Below, piece after piece: positions 42,977 to 50,553 of a stretch of 59,241 nt of DNA. This DNA is from a virus. Taxonomy: Duplodnaviria > Caudoviricetes. The notes under the pieces are model-generated. The model made no database searches, had not been told where the DNA came from, and saw only the letters and a list, made by a program, of their open reading frames with translations. Location: IMG/VR virus record IMGVR_UViG_3300025098_000044, positions 1 through 59,241 of that record; one strand, given 5' to 3'. The position numbers and the translations under genes were made by a program. Numbering within the stretch: position 1 is the first letter of the stretch; every line of letters begins with the position of its first letter.

Positions 42977-45178
42977 ATGGCTGACATAAGAATTAACTGG
43001 GAACCTCCCATAGACAAATCAATAGTAGATTCGATATCAATTTATAGATATGCGGGGGAAACATCCGATTGTAATATAATCCTTAGTGACGGGGTTTTAG
43101 TTGTTGAAAATTTAGCTGCCGACTCAAATAATTATGATGATCTAGGTATAGTTGATTCAAACCACTATAGTTACGGTGTGTTTTCTAAAAATGTTACAGG
43201 CTTCTCACCTTGTGCTCATGCTAGTCTTTCTTTAGTTCCTACGGTAGACGGGGCTCCAACTGATTTAACAGCCGTTTATGTTGCAGCCGCACCGGTAGAA
43301 GGGCCAACTAATATAATCCCCACACTTGAGGTAGCGCCGAAATATGGGATTGATACGGGTGTTTTTGTTTACCCATTATTTTTAACTGAAGCGGAGTCTA
43401 AGTATTACGATTCTCAAAACGGTGGAACTGGAACAGGTCATACAATGACTTATAATTCCGTGACTTATTATATGCCGGACAATGGTAGCACTCACGCCGG
43501 TACGGTGGCACCTGTAGGGGTGGCTATAAATGGTATTGAATTTAATTATGCTCAGATCGTAACTGGGTTTGAATATGGCCGTAAACCAACCAATAATCAA
43601 GGGCCGACATCACTTACTCTCAAAGTCGATATGGACGAAGATGGGTTTTATGCTGATGTCGACCTCGATGACAATGATAATTCGGTAAATGTTGCACCCG
43701 ATGCAAACAGTGCTCCTACCGATTTAACATCCACAGAACAAGCAACCGCCCCAGCGAGTGGGCCATCCGATTTAGGAACCGTCGCGAGCCCTAATGAAGC
43801 TCCTTCTGCTTTGGGGACAACGGCGAGCCCTAATGAAGCTCCTTCGGATTTAAGCACCACCGCAAGTCCTAGTGAAACACCTTCGGATTTAAGCACCATT
43901 GCAAACCCATCGCACAGCCCTATTAATTTAACTTCTGTTGAAGAAATATTAGCTCCAACTTTCGGACCGACTGATTTAATTACCACAACTTCTCCGGGGT
44001 CTCAATCTTCGGCGGATTCTTTTTCAGACTTACTTTATCCAATACCTGGGGGAATTATAAACGGGTTTTATGAAATGTACACGGGTCAAGGGGTGTTAGA
44101 AATTACGGCAACCACCGCTACCTGGGATGATGGTCTAGGGACGAATGTAGTTATCTGGAGTCAAAGTGGTGGGGATAGCCTTGCAACTACGACTAACTTT
44201 CTCGCGGGTTGGAATATTACAGCTTCAAACTACTTAAATGGTGCCTATCAGGATGTAACTATTTCCTACACCGCTACAAACCCTGAAGCTCCTTCCGGTT
44301 TAAGTACCCTTCTCGACGCCGATGAGGATGGTCACTATGCTGATGTAGACCTGGATGACAACGACAGTAGTACGGGCTTATACCCCGATAATGTCGAGCT
44401 TACTTATAATGGTGCTTTTACCTCAACTACGCCCGAGCTTCGTTACATACAAGGATATGGCCGTATAAAGAAAAATGGCGATACCCCGATGAATGGTGGA
44501 ACCTATATTTATATTATACAAGGTCAGACGGTTACTTTTACAAATGACACGACCAGTATGTTTTATCTCAGAAAACAAAACGATAGCGAAAATTTACTTT
44601 CAATAATGGGCCGACTCGCTCCTTCGAACACAGGCAGTTATACTTTCAACGAATTGGGTGACCACGGGTTCTCTACATCTAGTGTTGGGTCAATAACCCC
44701 AAGATTTAGGGTTGTACCGGAAACCGCCTTACTCGACACATTCGATGTTTTAGACCAGGGAGCAGCAGCCGGTCAAAATTTCGCGGGTAACTATAATTGG
44801 GATAATTACGAAAATAACCCTTCATCAATTGGTTGGTTACAAGGCATAGTGGATCACGGTAATACTGCAGGTCTTACCATTGTAGGAACAGTACCGTCGG
44901 GTTATTCAACTACACACGGGGCTATCATCTATAGAAAATCGGGTACAGATACATCCTCAAACGATGCAGATGCTGGTTTATTTAGATTTGAAACTATTAG
45001 CAACGGACAAGACACTAAGAAGTATCTTTATGCTTCTTTCGGGAGTGGGTCTTATAATAATCAGAAATTTTTTATTTACGAAATCACCGATCAAAGACCC
45101 TACACATATGGAGAGGCTCTTCCGAGTTGGTTCATAAGTGAACTAGCGGCAGAAGGTTACCATATATCATACACCTAA
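42977..45178 (+). CDS. Mosaic fibre: N-terminal FN3 lacking strand A, ~11 P(S/T)xL(S/T) peptides, two DxDEDG-x-YADVDLDDND motifs, C-terminal beta domains
   Basis: IRINWEPP...YSYGVFSKNVTGFS; 13-aa repeats at ~43712-43990; acidic motifs at ~43625 and ~44312. Confidence 0.72.
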   Translation: MADIRINWEPPIDKSIVDSISIYRYAGETSDCNIILSDGVLVVENLAADSNNYDDLGIVDSNHYSYGVFSKNVTGFSPCAHASLSLVPTVDGAPTDLTAVYVAAAPVEGPTNIIPTLEVAPKYGIDTGVFVYPLFLTEAESKYYDSQNGGTGTGHTMTYNSVTYYMPDNGSTHAGTVAPVGVAINGIEFNYAQIVTGFEYGRKPTNNQGPTSLTLKVDMDEDGFYADVDLDDNDNSVNVAPDANSAPTDLTSTEQATAPASGPSDLGTVASPNEAPSALGTTASPNEAPSDLSTTASPSETPSDLSTIANPSHSPINLTSVEEILAPTFGPTDLITTTSPGSQSSADSFSDLLYPIPGGIINGFYEMYTGQGVLEITATTATWDDGLGTNVVIWSQSGGDSLATTTNFLAGWNITASNYLNGAYQDVTISYTATNPEAPSGLSTLLDADEDGHYADVDLDDNDSSTGLYPDNVELTYNGAFTSTTPELRYIQGYGRIKKNGDTPMNGGTYIYIIQGQTVTFTNDTTSMFYLRKQNDSENLLSIMGRLAPSNTGSYTFNELGDHGFSTSSVGSITPRFRVVPETALLDTFDVLDQGAAAGQNFAGNYNWDNYENNPSSIGWLQGIVDHGNTAGLTIVGTVPSGYSTTHGAIIYRKSGTDTSSNDADAGLFRFETISNGQDTKKYLYASFGSGSYNNQKFFIYEITDQRPYTYGEALPSWFISELAAEGYHISYT

Positions 45179-45204
45179 AGACCAACTGATTCGCCAGCAG
45201 ATAT

Positions 45205-45242
45205 TACAACCGCTTTAAACTAACCTTAAACTCAAATATATT
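45205..45242 (+). promoter_or_regulatory. Late promoter (TACAACCGCT ... TATATT), leaderless start at 45249
   Basis: Motif 44 nt before ATG; -10 box ends 6 nt before ATG. Confidence 0.72.
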
Positions 45243-45248
45243 CAAATC

Positions 45249-45590
45249 ATGGCAAATGTACTATTAAATTGGACAGCTCCCGCGGATACATCTAATATCA
45301 CGGGCATCGTAATCTTAAAAAAATCCGTATCAGCGGGCTCATCCGTTCCATCATGTGGCGATTTTATTCCAGATGAAAAAATTAGAGGTGCCAACACGGC
45401 AGCCGACTTAACGGATAGCACTGTTTCTCAAGTAGGCTCGGATATTACCGACCCGGCTACTGTCGCGGCAAATGGTTCCGTTACTGAAACTGGTGTAACG
45501 GCTGGGAGCTACTATTACGCAGCATTTTCTTACAACGCGGCGGGATATTCCCCTTGCGATGTGACGAATTCCGAGCTTGTAATTTCTTAA
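45249..45590 (+). CDS. Single fibronectin type III domain lacking strand A
   Basis: Starts VLLNWTAP (strand B); ends YYYAAFSYNAAGYS (F/G strands). Confidence 0.78.
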   Translation: MANVLLNWTAPADTSNITGIVILKKSVSAGSSVPSCGDFIPDEKIRGANTAADLTDSTVSQVGSDITDPATVAANGSVTETGVTAGSYYYAAFSYNAAGYSPCDVTNSELVIS

Positions 45591-46741
45591 GCTACCCACA
45601 ATGCCAGCATATCTTTGCTTGGCATTAATTTGGCGTAGTATTTTGAAGTAACTTGAGGGCTTGTGTGTCTTAGATAACTCTGGGCTACATACAAGCCCTT
45701 AGTTGTTGCTAGATAAGATCCGTATAGCTTTCTTAACTCGTGCAAAGGGCTTTGTCGTGTCCAGCCGATATCTCTTAAAGAGTCAGTGACAACTTTCATC
45801 GTTTTTTCGGCAGTCCTAGCACGATCCGTTACAAGATAATCAAACCCCTCTGATTTATCTAAAATCTTTGAACCCCACGCGGCACTACCTGCCGTGTAAC
45901 CATCCATACCTCCTTTCGGTTTAAACTTACCTTCGGATTTAATACAGATAGCACAGCGATCGTCGTCAATATCTAACCAGTTCCGCTTAGCAAAAAAGAT
46001 CTCTTTCCGCCTCATACCAAAATGCAAGGCTAAAGCCATGATTACAAAATGATCACCGTCCACTTCATTCATTAATTTAAAAGTATCTTCGATTAACGAT
46101 GTCTCCGGTAATGTATAATCCTTCTTAACTCGGTTGAAAAATATCTCTTTCTTTAGGTAACTAAGACCTTCAAAACTCCAGCTCTCAGGATAATATGCCA
46201 TAGCGGTCTCGGAAAATACCGATTTAGCATTTCTAAGAAGAGTATTATATGATCTTTTCTTCTCACCTAGGGTAACTAAATCTTTAATACCCTCGACCCT
46301 ACGCTTTTTTTCTTCACGAAGCATCTTCTTAGTCAACTTCTTTAAAGGCAGTCCCATCGCTTCTTCGTCCGATAAACCTGTGACTCTATATAAACCTCTA
46401 CGATAACACTGAACCGTACGATCGCTTATACCGACTAAATTTTTATTTTCCTTAAGCATGTCGACAATCAACCCTAAGGTCGGCTGTATTCGGTCGTCGG
46501 GCTTAGGTGTTGGAGCGGGTTTACCTTGTTGTTTTTGTGGTGAATATTTTAATAAGGTTTCGGACACCGTATTAAAAACTAAGTAGGCATCGATCTCATC
46601 AGCCATCTCTTTAGCAATGTTTAAATCTTTTCCTAAATTAAAATACAGAGTTTTTTTATCTCTAACTATTCTGTAAGTCCAGTTTTTAGAACTTTGATTT
46701 CTTTTATATACGCGATTACCGCGTTTCGTTGTATACTTCAT
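45587..46741 (-). CDS. int: Tyrosine integrase
   Basis: FGMRRKEI (R), LHELRK (HxxR), LRHTS...TSKYY (H,Y); start reassigned to ATG 46741 with AAGGT upstream. Confidence 0.92.
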   Translation of the reverse strand: MKYTTKRGNRVYKRNQSSKNWTYRIVRDKKTLYFNLGKDLNIAKEMADEIDAYLVFNTVSETLLKYSPQKQQGKPAPTPKPDDRIQPTLGLIVDMLKENKNLVGISDRTVQCYRRGLYRVTGLSDEEAMGLPLKKLTKKMLREEKKRRVEGIKDLVTLGEKKRSYNTLLRNAKSVFSETAMAYYPESWSFEGLSYLKKEIFFNRVKKDYTLPETSLIEDTFKLMNEVDGDHFVIMALALHFGMRRKEIFFAKRNWLDIDDDRCAICIKSEGKFKPKGGMDGYTAGSAAWGSKILDKSEGFDYLVTDRARTAEKTMKVVTDSLRDIGWTRQSPLHELRKLYGSYLATTKGLYVAQSYLRHTSPQVTSKYYAKLMPSKDMLALWVA

Positions 46742-46779
46742 GTTGTACCTTTTTTTGACCCTTTTATGTTGATGTTTAA

Positions 46780-46846
46780 ACACCACATATTGTGTAAGTG
46801 TCATTTAAAAGCCAGTAGTGGTGCGGATAACTACCACATGTTGTGG
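46780..46846. promoter_or_regulatory. Two palindromic NrdR-box-like sites (or integrase arm sites) upstream of int
   Basis: ACACCACATATTGTGT (46780-46795) and CTACCACATGTTGTGG (46831-46846), 51 bp apart. Confidence 0.55.
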
Positions 46847-46857
46847 TTTTTGCTAAA

Positions 46858-46897
46858 ATTTACAGTCCGCATCCTTTAGCCACTTGGATACCCTACC
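46858..46897 (-). tRNA. 5'-half tRNA-Tyr(GTA) fragment, probable attP core (not a complete tRNA)
   Basis: GGTAGGG-TA-TCCAAGTGGCTAAAGGA-T-GCGGA-CTGTAAA-T: acceptor 5' strand, D arm and anticodon loop; no T arm follows; adjacent to int. Confidence 0.85.
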
Positions 46898-46907
46898 AGG
46901 CAGTTGA

Positions 46908-46936
46908 TTGACAATGCTTTACAAAAATGTGATATT
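46908..46936 (+). promoter_or_regulatory. Sigma70-type promoter for 46970/47211
   Basis: TTGACA-17 nt-GATATT with TGn extension. Confidence 0.6.
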
Positions 46937-46969
46937 TATATTGGAAATGCGTGACCCTCTTTTGAACTT

Positions 46970-47218
46970 ATGGATTGGTTAAAAAATAGTGGAGAATTAG
47001 AAAAGCCTTTAATTAAAACGATTGGTGAAAGTGTAGAAGCTCTTGTGGATGAGTTGATACCTGAGCTGAAACTTGCCGCCTATGAAAATGATTCTACGGC
47101 TAATGTCGAGTGTAAAATAAATGTGACATTTAAAGACGACACTTTTGAAGTAGAAACCATTGGTCAAGTCGAGTTCCCGGCTAGGATAATAAAAATCAAC
47201 GCGGTAGAAGATGCTTGA
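46970..47218 (+). CDS. Hypothetical acidic protein
   Basis: 82-aa ORF downstream of a promoter, overlapping the next gene. Confidence 0.65.
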   Translation: MDWLKNSGELEKPLIKTIGESVEALVDELIPELKLAAYENDSTANVECKINVTFKDDTFEVETIGQVEFPARIIKINAVEDA

Positions 47219-47519
47219 AGAGCTCGGCTTAACTAAAGATTTTGTTCAAAACTCATTTGGGGTTCTACCCAATGAAGTAAAGGTAGAGGAAAAAAATTAC
47301 CTTGATGTCGAAGATCAGAAACGAATTCGAAGGAGACTTAAGCAATATTCTAATTTTATTATAGCAAGATTTGAGCAAGGTTATGCTCCTTGTATAATCG
47401 CACAATTGCTAGGAGTGTCCGAAGAGTCTATCAGGTCGAGACTTAGGAAGGCGGGTTTGTTTAATTCAGAAGGACCTGGTCGTCCGAAGAAAAACCGAAG
47501 TATTTCCAACGGTCTCTAA
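47211..47519 (+). CDS. HTH DNA-binding protein
   Basis: FEQGYAPCIIAQLLGVSEESIRSRLRKAG. Confidence 0.7.
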   Translation: MLEELGLTKDFVQNSFGVLPNEVKVEEKNYLDVEDQKRIRRRLKQYSNFIIARFEQGYAPCIIAQLLGVSEESIRSRLRKAGLFNSEGPGRPKKNRSISNGL

Positions 47520-47919
47520 ATTTTTCGTACTGGCCTCTTGAATTTCTTTTGTGTGGGTACACATGTACAATAGTAGCACTTATATCTTTAACGGGTACCA
47601 TATACCAAGCATCTAGCTCGGCTATGTAAATCACTAAATACTGCACATTAGTATCTCGAAGATGTACACGGTCGCCCATACATGTCGCCTTTGCTTGATA
47701 TCGAATAGACTCTTCAGATAATCCGTGGTCTAGCTTACTCCCCGTTCTAACTTGAGTGATAATAGGCTTTCCGGTTTTTTTATTGATGATAACAATGTCA
47801 AAACAAGCGGGGTCGCCCCATGGAACACAAGGACACAAACCCCTATTGTAAGCTTCAAAACAAAAACGCAGTTCCCCCGCTGTACCTCGCTCGGAATTTA
47901 TTCCCGTTTTATAATCCAT
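47461..47919 (-). CDS. PD-(D/E)XK endonuclease-like protein (I-Ssp6803I/PDDEXK_5-like)
   Basis: RGTAGE...G..P..P.GD...FD.V......QVRT...WY.VP pattern. Confidence 0.7.
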   Translation of the reverse strand: MDYKTGINSERGTAGELRFCFEAYNRGLCPCVPWGDPACFDIVIINKKTGKPIITQVRTGSKLDHGLSEESIRYQAKATCMGDRVHLRDTNVQYLVIYIAELDAWYMVPVKDISATIVHVYPHKRNSRGQYEKFRDRWKYFGFSSDDQVLLN

Positions 47920-50009
47920 CTATACACACCTTTTTTATCATCCCTTTTTAACCAAGGAAGACCCTTGGAAACCATGTGCTTTAAACCCCAACCCAATTTC
48001 TTAGGGTTCACATCACGAAGTAGTATCTCAACGCCTGTCACCTTACTCAGATGCTTCAAAAGTTCGGAACAGGTGCCAACCCACTCTTCCCCTTTCTCAA
48101 GTTGAGAATCTCTAAATATTTCCAAAAGTTCTACAATATGAGAATACCTGCCGTCAGCGTGAGAAAGAGCTTCAATCACAGGTGACAAATACGCTTTTAC
48201 TCCAAACCTAAAGTCTTTGTGCTCTTCGGGAACTTTATAATCGCGTAACCAAGCACAGAAGTGGGGTAACTCTTTTAACATGACATCAAGCCAACCTTCG
48301 TAAAAACCTGTAAATTTTTCACAGTTAAACACCATCAACTTATCGCGGGTCGACATATCTAAGTCGGGCAACATACGCATCGACATTGGATCGTTATTAC
48401 ATGTGATACTCAACCTACCACACCAAAACACACGACCTGATTTTTTGAATTTTGCATTAACAACAAAGGTATCGTTGGCTACAAACTCCTTAATCTTCGA
48501 TGAGAATTTAACATGTGACTCACCACTAGCTCCAGCCTCGTCATCCACAGTCCATAAACCACTTTCAAAAAGATGGTCATTGAACTCGGTTCTGCCTACT
48601 AAGTATTCTGAACACTTAATATGGCCGCCAAAAATTGAAGCCAGCAGTTTCGTGTTCCACATAGTCTTACCGCAGTTGCTCGGGCCTACCAGAATGTGGC
48701 AGTGGCCTTTCTTTGGTATGCCTTTTAAAAAACCTTGATATGCGTATGCCAACCAAGACTGCTCCCAAGGGAGTTGTTCTTTCCCGAACATACCTTCAGC
48801 CCACTCGGCTATAAAAGGAAAGTCTTCACCCCACTTTTTAGATTTTTCAACGGGATGTAGTGGTGCAATTCGAGAAGTGTTAAAGTAACGCTTACCTTCA
48901 AAGTTAACTATTACATTTTTATCAAATACAAAAGGTACTGCGGATTCAACACGCTTAACCGTTTGCACTTGATGCAATGCTTTATTCGCTTCGGATAAAA
49001 CATCACCACGCAGCCTCTGATTACTTAAATTATGACGAGCTTGAAGATCTAAAAACGCTTCTTCTTTAGCGGCCGTTATAAAGTTACCGGTGTCTTGCTC
49101 AATGTGGTAATTCTTACCATCGTACCAATACTTTTCAATACACTGACCGATCCTACCGATTTCAAACTGAGACACAAAACGGGATCCTAATATATCAGCC
49201 CAAGTATAGAATGGTTTGTCGGCAGAAAAACACTGCATCCCTTCAGCTCTTACTATACACGCGGTGGGGTTCCAATTGGGGTTAGCTCCTGGCCCCCAAA
49301 ACCAAATACCCCGTGAGCCTTCTTGAAAAGCCCCATTCCATAAATTTGGAAACTGTTTTTTAACTTCTTCATAGACGAGGTCTAGAGGTATAATAGTTCC
49401 ACGACCGTCAAAGTCATCCGCCCGACTAGTTTCGTATTGCCAATAATGTAAGGTACTTGAAGGGATTTTGATATCGCTAACCTTCTTCCAATCAATGCCT
49501 AGATTATAGTAAGTATGAGGGTTGGAAAATGCCGGTTTATCAAAACCACGACACAGCTTATCAAGTTCTAGCTCGGCTGAGATCCTTTGAAGCAACCTCT
49601 TAGTGGCTTTAGATCCGTGAAGCATAATTGGTTTTTCAAATTCCCATGTAGCGTGAACACCACCGGAATAAGATCGTGAGACGCGGGTACACGGGTATTG
49701 TAAATCGATCATCCGTTTCATTACATCCGTGAACTCATCATCACTTAACTTGGCATCCCAATCAGCGGTCACTGAGTGTAGGTACATCGGAGGGTTCTGA
49801 GAAGTAACCCGTTGGCTAGGGTCGACACCTTCGGAACCGCAGTACAATAAATACTTAGTTGTCGGGAAAGCTATCCACTGGCGAAACTTAGCTTTAGATT
49901 CAAATTTAGGAAGCTCGATCTCCTCATTCCAAGGTTCTTTTTCCTCGACTATATGAGCGGAAACATTAGGGATGCAAAAATACTTAGTAGACATTAGACA
50001 TCCTTCCAA
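47898..50009 (-). CDS. Primase-helicase (N-terminal primase-like domain, C-terminal SF3-type helicase)
   Basis: ADWD and SYSGGVHATW primase motifs; LVGPSNCGKT Walker A, WTVDDE Walker B, ITCN motif C. Confidence 0.85.
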   Translation of the reverse strand: MEGCLMSTKYFCIPNVSAHIVEEKEPWNEEIELPKFESKAKFRQWIAFPTTKYLLYCGSEGVDPSQRVTSQNPPMYLHSVTADWDAKLSDDEFTDVMKRMIDLQYPCTRVSRSYSGGVHATWEFEKPIMLHGSKATKRLLQRISAELELDKLCRGFDKPAFSNPHTYYNLGIDWKKVSDIKIPSSTLHYWQYETSRADDFDGRGTIIPLDLVYEEVKKQFPNLWNGAFQEGSRGIWFWGPGANPNWNPTACIVRAEGMQCFSADKPFYTWADILGSRFVSQFEIGRIGQCIEKYWYDGKNYHIEQDTGNFITAAKEEAFLDLQARHNLSNQRLRGDVLSEANKALHQVQTVKRVESAVPFVFDKNVIVNFEGKRYFNTSRIAPLHPVEKSKKWGEDFPFIAEWAEGMFGKEQLPWEQSWLAYAYQGFLKGIPKKGHCHILVGPSNCGKTMWNTKLLASIFGGHIKCSEYLVGRTEFNDHLFESGLWTVDDEAGASGESHVKFSSKIKEFVANDTFVVNAKFKKSGRVFWCGRLSITCNNDPMSMRMLPDLDMSTRDKLMVFNCEKFTGFYEGWLDVMLKELPHFCAWLRDYKVPEEHKDFRFGVKAYLSPVIEALSHADGRYSHIVELLEIFRDSQLEKGEEWVGTCSELLKHLSKVTGVEILLRDVNPKKLGWGLKHMVSKGLPWLKRDDKKGVYRWIIKRE

Positions 50010-50544
50010 CTTCGAGTTTATGTATCAATGCCTCGACTGCTAAAACAAGATCGCTCTCATAGCATGAAACATTTTTAAATTGATAATCAATCAAATGCTC
50101 AGCTATTCCTTGCTCAGAAGGGTGGGGGTCTTTTTCAGCATAGTATGATTCATCCCTGACAACCTCTACTATCACTCCTCCCTCTTCTTGAATAGCCTCA
50201 GCCTCGTTGTTAAAGCGTACATCATCAATGATTACATTGTCCATAGCATCGCCTCGGAAACGCTCTATTAAATGGTCAATCCATATTGTCTGCGACACAC
50301 ATTCTCTACCCCATGCCGTACCCAAACTCTGGAGTAACTGTCTTGGCGTTTTATATCCGAACACCCAATTAGTACCATTTTCTTTAAGTTTCGGGTCGTT
50401 AAGCATGTCTTTGGGGATGCCTAATGCGTTTAACATATCTCTAAGAGGGTCTGCAAAACTCATGGTATTATAACCATAAGGCTCCCCCGCTTTTGCCACG
50501 GATGATTTTCCGCAACCTTTTCTACCACACAATCCTATTATCAT
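49984..50544 (-). CDS. Deoxynucleoside monophosphate kinase
   Basis: IIGLCGRKGCGKS, SFADPLR, TPRQLLQSLGT, IIDDVRFNNE. Confidence 0.9.
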   Translation of the reverse strand: MIIGLCGRKGCGKSSVAKAGEPYGYNTMSFADPLRDMLNALGIPKDMLNDPKLKENGTNWVFGYKTPRQLLQSLGTAWGRECVSQTIWIDHLIERFRGDAMDNVIIDDVRFNNEAEAIQEEGGVIVEVVRDESYYAEKDPHPSEQGIAEHLIDYQFKNVSCYESDLVLAVEALIHKLEVGRMSNVY

Positions 50545-50553
50545 ATCTCGCCT

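Noticed and set aside
46790-46897. Complete or intron-containing tRNA-Tyr (TCCGC reappears 30 nt after the anticodon loop)
   Set aside because: No T arm (GTTCRA) or CCA end follows; treated as an att fragment plus a pairing element
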